From assembly GCA_035556135.1 (NCBI GenBank), contig DATMFO010000002.1, forward strand, positions 35,156-99,155: a stretch of DNA of 64,000 bases. Direction: 5' to 3'. The notes beneath the pieces were generated by a model. The model searched no databases. It had not been told where the DNA came from and saw only the letters and a program-made list of their open reading frames with translations. Below, one piece after another: positions 17,257-24,659 of the stretch. This DNA comes from Steroidobacteraceae bacterium (GTDB lineage: Bacteria > Pseudomonadota > Gammaproteobacteria > Steroidobacterales > Steroidobacteraceae). A program made the translations under genes and the position numbers. Positions within the stretch are counted from its first letter, which is position 1, and every line of letters begins with the position of its first letter.

Positions 17257-18189
17257 ATGGACATCCGGACAGCGGTACGTGTGGGCGTGATGGTGATTGC
17301 CGGTACGGTATCCGGCGCACAGCAGGCGGCGGCCATGCAACCGGCCGGTTCTGCCACCGCGCCGGATACGCCGGGCACAGGGCCCTATCCGGCGATGAAG
17401 GAAGAAATCCCGGCGCTGGCGCGCAATGTGGTCTATCGCCCCGCCAATGTCGCAGCGATGGGCGCGCGGAAGCTGGGCGTTGTGGCCTGGGGCAATGGCG
17501 GCTGCTCCAATGACGCAGCCAGCACGCGATTCCACCTGCTCGAACTGGCCTCGCACGGCTACCTGGTCATTGCCTCCGGCCGCATCCTCAGCGGCCCGGG
17601 CGCTCCGCCGGCTTCAGGAGAGCGCCTGCCGTTTCCGCAGACCGTGCCCGGGGACCTCATCGCCGCCATCGACTGGGCACTGGCCGAGAACACACGCCAG
17701 GGCAGTCCGTACTTCGGCCGCATCGATCCGAAGCAGGTTGCCGTCGCCGGGTTCAGCTGCGGAGGATTGCAGGCGGCGCTGGTCGCCGGTGATCCGCGCA
17801 TCGCCACCGTGATCATGCAGAACACGGGCACCTATGAAGGCGAGCGCAGCACCATGCCCGGCCTGAAAGTGCCCAAGTCGACGCTGAAGAAATTCCACAC
17901 GCCGGTGCTCTACATCATCGGCGGGCCGACCGACGTCGCCTACACCAACGCCATGGAAGACTTCGCGCTGATCGACCATGTGCCCGTGGCGATGGCCAAC
18001 CTGCCTGTTGGGCATGGCGGCACCTATCACGAGCCCAATGGCGGTGCGGCGGCGCAGGTGGCCGTGGACTGGCTCAACTGGCAGCTGCGCGGCGATGCGC
18101 AGGGCCGCGCGCGATTCATTGGCGCGAACTGCGGGCTGTGCACCGACCCGAAGTGGACGCTGGAAAAGAAGAACTTTCCAGCGCCCTGA
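17257..18189 (+). CDS. secreted alpha/beta hydrolase (serine hydrolase, dienelactone-hydrolase-like)
   Basis: AAGGAG RBS, signal-like N-terminus and nucleophile elbow GFSCGG. Paralogue of the partial gene at 1..476. Confidence 0.8.
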   Translation: MDIRTAVRVGVMVIAGTVSGAQQAAAMQPAGSATAPDTPGTGPYPAMKEEIPALARNVVYRPANVAAMGARKLGVVAWGNGGCSNDAASTRFHLLELASHGYLVIASGRILSGPGAPPASGERLPFPQTVPGDLIAAIDWALAENTRQGSPYFGRIDPKQVAVAGFSCGGLQAALVAGDPRIATVIMQNTGTYEGERSTMPGLKVPKSTLKKFHTPVLYIIGGPTDVAYTNAMEDFALIDHVPVAMANLPVGHGGTYHEPNGGAAAQVAVDWLNWQLRGDAQGRARFIGANCGLCTDPKWTLEKKNFPAP

Positions 18190-18213
18190 CCGCGGGCCGG
18201 GGCCTGCGCCGGA

Positions 18214-20121
18214 CTAGAGTCCTGCCGGGTGACGGAAGCCTTTCACCCTGGTCGGGATCATCCAGGCCGACGACTCACCCACCATGTAGAGGATGTTGTT
18301 GTCGGGACCGCCGAAGGTGACGTTCACCGGATACTGCGGCGCCCAGATGTTGCCGATGAACGTGCCATCGGGCTTGAAGATCTGCACGCCGGACTTGGTG
18401 GCCACGTAGTAGCGGCCATCGGTGTCCACCGCGGTGCCGTCGCCGCTTGAAGCGAAGCGGTCATCCGGGTTCGGCGCGCTGAGCACGTCCGGTTCCAGGT
18501 TCATCTGCGCGAAGCGGCGCTTGTTCGACAGCGAACCATCCTCCGCCACATCGTAGGCCCACACGAAGTTCTGGCCGGGGCTGTTCCAGCTGTTGTTCAC
18601 ATACACCGTCTTGCCGTCGGGCGAGAGCTCCACGCCATTCGGGAAGGCAAACTCGCCGGCGGGCACCACGATGCGCGCCTTGCCGTCTGGTGCCACGTAG
18701 TAGAGCTGCGGGCCCGGGTGAGTCTTCTTCTCCTCGGGCGTGAACTGCGGGTCGGTCACATAGAGGCCGCCGCGTGCATCCATCACCATGTCGTTGGGAC
18801 CATCCAGCGGCTTGCCGTCGATGCGATCGAACAGCACCTTCACCACCTTGCCGGTGGCCGGGTTCACCTCCACCACGCGGTGGCCGAACATGTCGCAGAC
18901 GATCAGGTTGCCGTTGGCGGCCGCGATGGTGCCGTTGGACTGCATGCCGGTGGCCAGCACGCGCCACTTGCCATCCGGCTCCATCACGATCAGGCGGCTG
19001 CGCTGCGGGCTGCCCGTCCAGTCGCCGGCCTTGTGGTCCTTGAAGTACATGTCGGAGAAGTACAGCTTGCCGTTGAGCCAGGTCGGGCCCTCGGCGAAAG
19101 TGAAACCTTCCGCCAGCTTGCGTGGCTGAGTGCCCGGCTCGATCACCTCGGCATACAGTGCCTGCTGCTTGCTGGCCCGCTCTATGTAGTCGGGCCGCAC
19201 GGGCCAGAACACGTCGAACTGGTCAGCACCCGTGTCGCTCATCCGGGCGGAGTGCACCATGCCGCCCGGCAGGTTCACTACGTGGTTGCCCTTGTCGTCG
19301 GCGGTGTAGGTGGTGTCCATCACGCCCTGTTCAAGCGAGCCGCGCAAGGTGTAGCTGAGCTGGTCCTCGGGGTGGATGTGGCGCACGAATGTGGCCCCCG
19401 GGTCCATCCTCACCATGCTGACCTGGGCATTGCGGCCCCAGATCAGCCGCGCGTGCGCAATGCTGCGCGGGTGGTCGAGCTCGGCCGAGGGATCGGTGAG
19501 CGGCGTCCACTGGATCTCGTTGACGTTGATCACCACGCCTGCCGGATGGGAGGGCTTGACACCCAGGTCGGGGAAGCCGGGCTTCGCGCCGCTGATGTCC
19601 TGGCCGACCAGCGCCAGGTGGTCGAGCCGCACCGGCGAATACACCTCGAAAGTCTCCAGGCCTTGTGCGCCGGCCTTCATCGTGCGCGTGCTGCCCGGCT
19701 CGAGGAAGAGGGCGGTGTCCTTGGTGAGTTCAAGCGTCTTGCCGTCGACCTCGACGGTGGCCGCGCCCCTGGTGACCACGATGATGAGCTCTTCGTCCAG
19801 CTTCTGCGCCGGATAAGCGGCGTCCGCCGCGAAGGTCACGTGCTCGAGCAGCGCGCCGCGTCCCCAGGCCAGCCTGGCGTCAACGCCAGGAGCGAGGTTT
19901 GCCGTGGGCAGGTTGGCTGCCAGCACCGCCTCCCCATCGGCCAGCGCCAGCGGCACCTTGACCTCCGGCAACTCGCGTGTGCGGCCGGTGACCTTGTGTT
20001 CGTCGATCACGGCCTGGTTGCGGGCAGCCCACGGCGAGGCTTCGTGCCTGGTGCAGCCGGTAACGGTGAAAACGAGGCCGGCCAGCGCGGCCAGGCAGAT
20101 GCCCCGATGCAGGTTCTTCAT
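18214..20121 (-). CDS. lipoprotein fusing cupin-type domains to an SMP-30/gluconolactonase/LRE beta-propeller
   Basis: ATG at 20121 gives MKNLHRGICLAALAGLVFTVTGC (lipobox). The N-terminal half is cupin-like (FVRHIHPEDQLSYTLRG). The C-terminal half is SMP-30-like (FAEGPTWLNGKLYFSD...NDMVMDARGGLYVTDP...FPNGVELSPDGKTVYV). Confidence 0.75.
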   Translation of the reverse strand: MKNLHRGICLAALAGLVFTVTGCTRHEASPWAARNQAVIDEHKVTGRTRELPEVKVPLALADGEAVLAANLPTANLAPGVDARLAWGRGALLEHVTFAADAAYPAQKLDEELIIVVTRGAATVEVDGKTLELTKDTALFLEPGSTRTMKAGAQGLETFEVYSPVRLDHLALVGQDISGAKPGFPDLGVKPSHPAGVVINVNEIQWTPLTDPSAELDHPRSIAHARLIWGRNAQVSMVRMDPGATFVRHIHPEDQLSYTLRGSLEQGVMDTTYTADDKGNHVVNLPGGMVHSARMSDTGADQFDVFWPVRPDYIERASKQQALYAEVIEPGTQPRKLAEGFTFAEGPTWLNGKLYFSDMYFKDHKAGDWTGSPQRSRLIVMEPDGKWRVLATGMQSNGTIAAANGNLIVCDMFGHRVVEVNPATGKVVKVLFDRIDGKPLDGPNDMVMDARGGLYVTDPQFTPEEKKTHPGPQLYYVAPDGKARIVVPAGEFAFPNGVELSPDGKTVYVNNSWNSPGQNFVWAYDVAEDGSLSNKRRFAQMNLEPDVLSAPNPDDRFASSGDGTAVDTDGRYYVATKSGVQIFKPDGTFIGNIWAPQYPVNVTFGGPDNNILYMVGESSAWMIPTRVKGFRHPAGL

Positions 20122-20294
20122 TGTGTTTGGCACCCTGAGTGATGTGGATTGGAGACGGTGCGGGGCGACTGTAGTGGCCATGCCGGGGGATCGCAAGGAT
20201 GCGGGCCAACTCCTACATGCATTGTCGGGTCCCTCTGGATATCCGCTCCCCGAGGCGCAGGGAGAATCATCGTACTAACCAGCGAGGATTCCCC

Positions 20295-20813
20295 ATGGCC
20301 GACATGGACCACCAGCCGCAGCAGCCGCTCTCCGGCGCCCGCGCCATAGAGACCGTGCGCGAGATCGTCACCGACGCCAACATCTGCCTGCTGGTCACCC
20401 GGCATGACAGGTTTCCCTTCGACGCCCGGCCCATGGCCGCGCAGGCGATGGAGGCGGATGGCAGCGTCTGGTTCCTGAGTTCTTCCGACAGCGACAAGAA
20501 CCGCGACATCGAGCGCGACCCGCGGGTGACGCTGCTGGTGCAGAACAACCGCAAGTATGAATACGCGCAGCTGTCCGGGCGCGCCACCATCCACCGCGAC
20601 CGGGCGCTGATCGACAAGTACTGGACCCGCCTCGCCGAGGCCTGGTTCGACGGCAAGGATGACCCGCGCATCACGCTGCTGGCCGTGCATCCGGAGACGG
20701 GCCACTACTGGACCACGACCAATGGCAAGATAGCAGCAGGCATCAAGATGCTGCTCAGCGCGGCGGGAGCGGACGTGGATGACGGCGGAGTGCACGGCGA
20801 ACTGCGGATCTGA
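20295..20813 (+). CDS. pyridoxamine 5'-phosphate oxidase-family protein (general stress protein 26-like)
   Basis: ICLLVTRHDRFPFDARPMA...GSVWFLSSSDSDKNRDIERDPRVTLL...DKYWTRLAEAWF. Confidence 0.8.
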   Translation: MADMDHQPQQPLSGARAIETVREIVTDANICLLVTRHDRFPFDARPMAAQAMEADGSVWFLSSSDSDKNRDIERDPRVTLLVQNNRKYEYAQLSGRATIHRDRALIDKYWTRLAEAWFDGKDDPRITLLAVHPETGHYWTTTNGKIAAGIKMLLSAAGADVDDGGVHGELRI

Positions 20814-20828
20814 CACAGGCCTGCCTGC

Positions 20829-21308
20829 ATGGAGCTGATCCTGCGGGAGCTCGGCGGGCTGCCTGACCTGCCCACCTTCCTCCGCTTCCTCACCCGCATG
20901 CTCGCGGCGCTGGCGCTGGGTGCACTCATCGGTTATCAGCGCGAGCGCTCGGGCAAGGCCGCGGGCCTGCGCACGCACATGCTGGTCGCATTGGGAACAT
21001 CCCTGTTCGTGATTGTCGCGCTGGAATCCGGCATGCGTGACGATGCCACCTCGCGTGTGATCCAGGGCGTGATCACCGGCATCGGTTTCCTCGGCGCCGG
21101 GTCCATCCTGAAGATCCGCGAGGACAAGGTCATCCACGGCCTGACCACCGCAGCCGGCATCTGGATGACGGCGGCGGCCAGCGTGGCCATTGGCCTGGGG
21201 CAGATCCTCACCGGGCTGCTCGCCGGTGTGCTGGCCTGGCTGGTGCTGGCGGTGATGAGCCGGTTCGAGCGACGGGGGTTGCGGGGCGCGGCCAACAAGG
21301 ACCCCTGA
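20829..21308 (+). CDS. MgtC/SapB family membrane protein
   Basis: LGALIGYQRERSGKAAGLRTHMLVALG...GVITGIGFLGAGSILK...GLTTAAGIWMTAA. Confidence 0.88.
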   Translation: MELILRELGGLPDLPTFLRFLTRMLAALALGALIGYQRERSGKAAGLRTHMLVALGTSLFVIVALESGMRDDATSRVIQGVITGIGFLGAGSILKIREDKVIHGLTTAAGIWMTAAASVAIGLGQILTGLLAGVLAWLVLAVMSRFERRGLRGAANKDP

Positions 21309-21368
21309 GCCTTGCCGCCCGTGCGGCGGCGGCCTACGCTGTGACGCCAGTTCTCACGGGGATTCCAC

Positions 21369-21917
21369 ATGCTTACTTTCACATCGCGTGCCCGGGCGTT
21401 CGGGCTCGGTATCGTCGCCGCTATCTGCTGCCTGGCGATCACGCCGGCAAATGCGTCGCAGGCACCGCAGATCACCGCCCAGACGCTCATCGATCGCGCG
21501 CAGATCCAGGACCTGATCACCCGTTACTACAACAATTTCGGGCGCGAGGATGCGGAAAGTTTCGCCGACTTCTATGCCGATGATGCCGAGCTCATCCTCG
21601 GCACGCGCACGTACAAGGGGAAAAACGGCATCCTCGAAGCCTACGGGCGCGCACCTGGCCAGGCACCGCGGCCACCGCGTCCACCGCGCTACTCCTTCAT
21701 CGTCACCATCAGCAACCCGCTCATCGTCGTGCACGGGAACACTGCCACCGCACAGATGGTGTTCACGGAATACGAGATCGAGAAGCAGGGCGATGCGCCG
21801 AAGGTCACCACGCAGGGCAAGGAATACAGCACCTTCGTGAAGGCCAATGGCCAGTGGCGTTATCGCACGCGCCAGATCGCAAGCGGCACCGAGCCGCCGA
21901 AGGGCTGGAAGGAATAA
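21369..21917 (+). CDS. secreted SnoaL-like/NTF2-fold protein
   Basis: Signal peptide ...CCLAITPANASQ, then DRAQIQDLITRYYNNFGREDAESFADFYADDAEL... typical of SnoaL-like domains. Confidence 0.65.
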   Translation: MLTFTSRARAFGLGIVAAICCLAITPANASQAPQITAQTLIDRAQIQDLITRYYNNFGREDAESFADFYADDAELILGTRTYKGKNGILEAYGRAPGQAPRPPRPPRYSFIVTISNPLIVVHGNTATAQMVFTEYEIEKQGDAPKVTTQGKEYSTFVKANGQWRYRTRQIASGTEPPKGWKE

Positions 21918-21934
21918 TTCCGGCGCACAAAAGA

Positions 21935-21973
21935 CTGAGCCCGGAGACTTTGCAGTCTGACCGGGCTCAGTTT
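21935..21973 (+). terminator. rho-independent terminator
   Basis: CTGAGCCCGG-AGACTTTGCAGTCTGA-CCGGGCTCAG followed by TTT, 18 nt after the stop at 21917. Confidence 0.7.
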
Positions 21974-22116
21974 ACGTTTGATGTCTCAATTACGATTCAT
22001 CCAACGCAGCTTCAGGGTACTGCCAGGCAATCACCTGAACTACTCCCGCAGGCTCACAGTGATGCGGGACGAGTCCTACGAGCGGTACGCATGACGACGT
22101 CACTGTCCTTCGAGGC

Positions 22117-23166
22117 TCAGGCCGCCTTTTCCACTGCCAGCGCCGGGTAATCCGTATACCCACGCTCATTCCCGCCGTAAAAGGTGGCCGGATCCGGCGT
22201 GTTCAGGGTTGCGTTGCGGCGGAAGCGCTCGAGCAAATCCGGATTGGCCAGGTAGGGCACGCCGAAGGCCACCGCCGAGATGCCTGACGCCAGCGCGGCT
22301 TCGGCACGCGCCTGGTCGTAGCCGCCATTGACGATCACCGGGCCGCCAAAAGCTTGCGCCAGTGCCGGCGTGATCGCCTCGGCGCCACCGCTCTCGACCA
22401 GGTGCAGGTACGCCACGCCACGAATGGCCTTGGCCGCACGGCGAAAGGTGTCCAGCGGATCCACATCGCTCATGTCGTTCCAGGGCAGCATGGGGGAGAG
22501 GCGCACGCCGGTGCGTTCAGCGCCGACCTCAGCGGCCACCGCCGCCACCACCTCGCTGAGGAAGCGCGTGCGATCCTCGCCGTAGACATCAGTACGCCGG
22601 TTGGTGCCGGAGCGCAGGAATTCGTCGATCAGGTAGCTGTTGGCGCCGTGGATCTCCACCGCGTCCGCGCCGGCATCGATGGCGCGGCGCGCGGCGCGGG
22701 CGAAGTCCTTCGCGATCCCCGGGATCTCCTCCGTCCGCAGTTCGCGCGGTGTCTCGAAGGGCACCGGCTGGAAGTCCACGTTGCGGGACTCACCAGTGCG
22801 GATCGGGATGGCGCTGGGCGCGACGATCTCGCCGAACACCGAGGAATGTCCCGAGCGTCCGGTGTGGAACAGCTGGATGGCGATGCGGCCGCCGGCGCGG
22901 TGCACGGCGCCGGTCACCGGCTCCCAGCTGCGCTGCTGCGCGTCGTTCCAGAGGCCGGGGATGGCCGGATAGCCATGGCCCTGCGCGCTTACGGCGACGG
23001 CTTCCGAGATGATGAGGCCGGCGGCGGCGCGCTGCGCGTAGTAGGTGGCCGCCAGCGGGGTCTGGAGGCCGTCCATCGCGGCACGGGTGCGGGTCATCGG
23101 CGCCATCACGGCGCGGTTGGGCAGTTGCAGGCTTCCGAGGTGGGTGGGGGAAAACAGCTGGCTCAT
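22117..23166 (-). CDS. NADH:flavin oxidoreductase, Old Yellow Enzyme family (N-ethylmaleimide reductase-like)
   Basis: ATG at 23166 gives MSQLFSPTHLGSLQLPNRAVMAPMTRTRA...QLFHTGRSGH...VEIHGANSYLIDEFL. Confidence 0.9.
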   Translation of the reverse strand: MSQLFSPTHLGSLQLPNRAVMAPMTRTRAAMDGLQTPLAATYYAQRAAAGLIISEAVAVSAQGHGYPAIPGLWNDAQQRSWEPVTGAVHRAGGRIAIQLFHTGRSGHSSVFGEIVAPSAIPIRTGESRNVDFQPVPFETPRELRTEEIPGIAKDFARAARRAIDAGADAVEIHGANSYLIDEFLRSGTNRRTDVYGEDRTRFLSEVVAAVAAEVGAERTGVRLSPMLPWNDMSDVDPLDTFRRAAKAIRGVAYLHLVESGGAEAITPALAQAFGGPVIVNGGYDQARAEAALASGISAVAFGVPYLANPDLLERFRRNATLNTPDPATFYGGNERGYTDYPALAVEKAA

Positions 23167-23176
23167 GGGCTTCTCC

Positions 23177-23208
23177 TTTGGTATCGTGGGGATACTATGG
23201 ATACCAAA
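23177..23208. promoter_or_regulatory. perfect 9-bp inverted repeat TTTGGTATC-N14-GATACCAAA, candidate HxlR operator
   Basis: Read directly in the OYE/HxlR divergent region. Contains nested GTATC/GATAC half sites. Confidence 0.5.
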
Positions 23209-23253
23209 GAAACTAACTTGCAAGTAGGTACTGAAAGGTGCGATAGTTCCCGC

Positions 23254-23619
23254 ATGGAAACCTGCAACGGTCCCTGTCCCATCGGAAAACTGATCGAGCT
23301 GCTGTCCGGCCGCTGGGCCTTCCCGGTGCTGTACCAGCTGCTGCGTGCACAGGGGCCCATCCGCTTCGGGCAACTGCAGCGCTCGGTGGGGCGCGTCACG
23401 CAGAAGGAGCTGACCAAGACGCTGCGTGCCTTCGAGGAGCGGGGGCTCGTCGAGCGCAAGGTCTTTCCGGAGGTTCCGCCGCGCGTGGAATACCGCCTTA
23501 CTGCGCTGGGTGCCTCACTGGGCGAGCCGCTGTGCGGGCTGGCCCGCTGGGCTGAAGCCCACATGGCCGAGATCGAGGCTGCTTGTCCGGATGCGCGGGA
23601 AACGCGCGGCGCGGCGTGA
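23254..23619 (+). CDS. HxlR family transcriptional regulator
   Basis: CPIGKLIELLSGRWAFPVLYQLL...IRFGQLQRSVGRVTQKELTKTLRAFEERGLVERKVFPEVPPRVEYRLT. ATG 23254 is preferred because ATG 23197 lies inside the palindrome. Confidence 0.85.
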   Translation: METCNGPCPIGKLIELLSGRWAFPVLYQLLRAQGPIRFGQLQRSVGRVTQKELTKTLRAFEERGLVERKVFPEVPPRVEYRLTALGASLGEPLCGLARWAEAHMAEIEAACPDARETRGAA

Positions 23620-23643
23620 ATTCGCGCGCGGTGATCTGTTGCG

Positions 23644-24579
23644 TCAGGCGTCCGGCGCCAGCCGCGGCCACAGGCTCTTGAACGATTCCACCAGGAATTG
23701 CGTGGGATCACCCATGCGCGCGACATAGTCCTTCGCGGGCTGCGCGGCCAGCATATCCACGGGTCCAAAGCCTGCGCGCATCATGCGGCTGAGTTCGCTG
23801 GAGAGCTTCGTCGTCATCTCCATCCCGGCCTGCAGGTCGGCCTTCGTGAAGAGGCGATCGCCATGGGCCGTCACCACGCGCGTGGCATCGTCACACTGCG
23901 CCACAAGTGTGCGGTAGCCATTGGCCAGCCCGGTAATGGCGCCGCCAGTCACCCAGTCCGGCACCGGCCAGCCATTGCCGGCCACCACGCCGCCGGTGAC
24001 CAGCACATTGGCCTTCACCAGCTTCACGTACAGGTCGCCATCGGTGTGGGCCTGCGGCAGCAGGCCGTAGCGCAGCGTTTCATCACCGACGGTGAGTTCA
24101 CCTTCGGTCCATGTGGTCTTGTTGGGCTGCGCGAACCTGGGCAGTGGACGGATGGGCGGATCGTCCGGCTTGTAACGCACGGTGGTGGATAACCACAGGC
24201 GTGTCTGCTCATGCGCGATGATGGTGGCGCCGGCCTTGCCCAGCTTCTCGTTGAGGCCGGTGTGTTCGGCATGCCAATGCGTGTTGAGCAAGGTATGCGG
24301 CCGACCCGGGCCAAGCTGGTTGCTGGCGAGCTTCAGCACTGCATCCGCGCGGGTTTTCGCACCGCCATCGACGAACACCAGGCCGCTGGCATCGCGCAGG
24401 GCCAGCAGGTTGGCGCCGGCACCGCGAATCCACAGCACGTTGTCGGCGAGCTTGTCCGCCGCAAGCCCGGCGCCCGCCGCGTGCACCGCAGAAGAAAGCG
24501 CGGCAGTACCCGTGCCCGCGAGCAGGGCAGATGCGGATATCGAACCTGTGAACTGCCGGCGCGTCAGGGTGGTGCTCAT
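23644..24579 (-). CDS. Tat-exported MBL-fold metallo-hydrolase
   Basis: Twin-arginine leader MSTTLTRRQFTGSISASALLAG. Metal motif NTHWHAEHTG. Confidence 0.8.
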   Translation of the reverse strand: MSTTLTRRQFTGSISASALLAGTGTAALSSAVHAAGAGLAADKLADNVLWIRGAGANLLALRDASGLVFVDGGAKTRADAVLKLASNQLGPGRPHTLLNTHWHAEHTGLNEKLGKAGATIIAHEQTRLWLSTTVRYKPDDPPIRPLPRFAQPNKTTWTEGELTVGDETLRYGLLPQAHTDGDLYVKLVKANVLVTGGVVAGNGWPVPDWVTGGAITGLANGYRTLVAQCDDATRVVTAHGDRLFTKADLQAGMEMTTKLSSELSRMMRAGFGPVDMLAAQPAKDYVARMGDPTQFLVESFKSLWPRLAPDA

Positions 24580-24659
24580 GGCTGCGGACTCTAACCCATC
24601 ATTTCCGGGCGCGATAACCTAGAATCAAAGGATCGAAGCGGGGCGGGCAGGGCATCACC

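Noticed and set aside
16432-17556. N-terminal extensions of track ORFs: 16432..17556, 22117..23373, 22354..23619, 31128..31694, 36726..38249, 44338..45585, 46891..47622, 50624..51682 and 60032..62818
   Set aside because: In each case an internal start codon gives a signal peptide, a conserved N-terminus or translational coupling (ATGA, TGATG or GTGA). The upstream part overlaps the neighbouring gene or looks non-coding.
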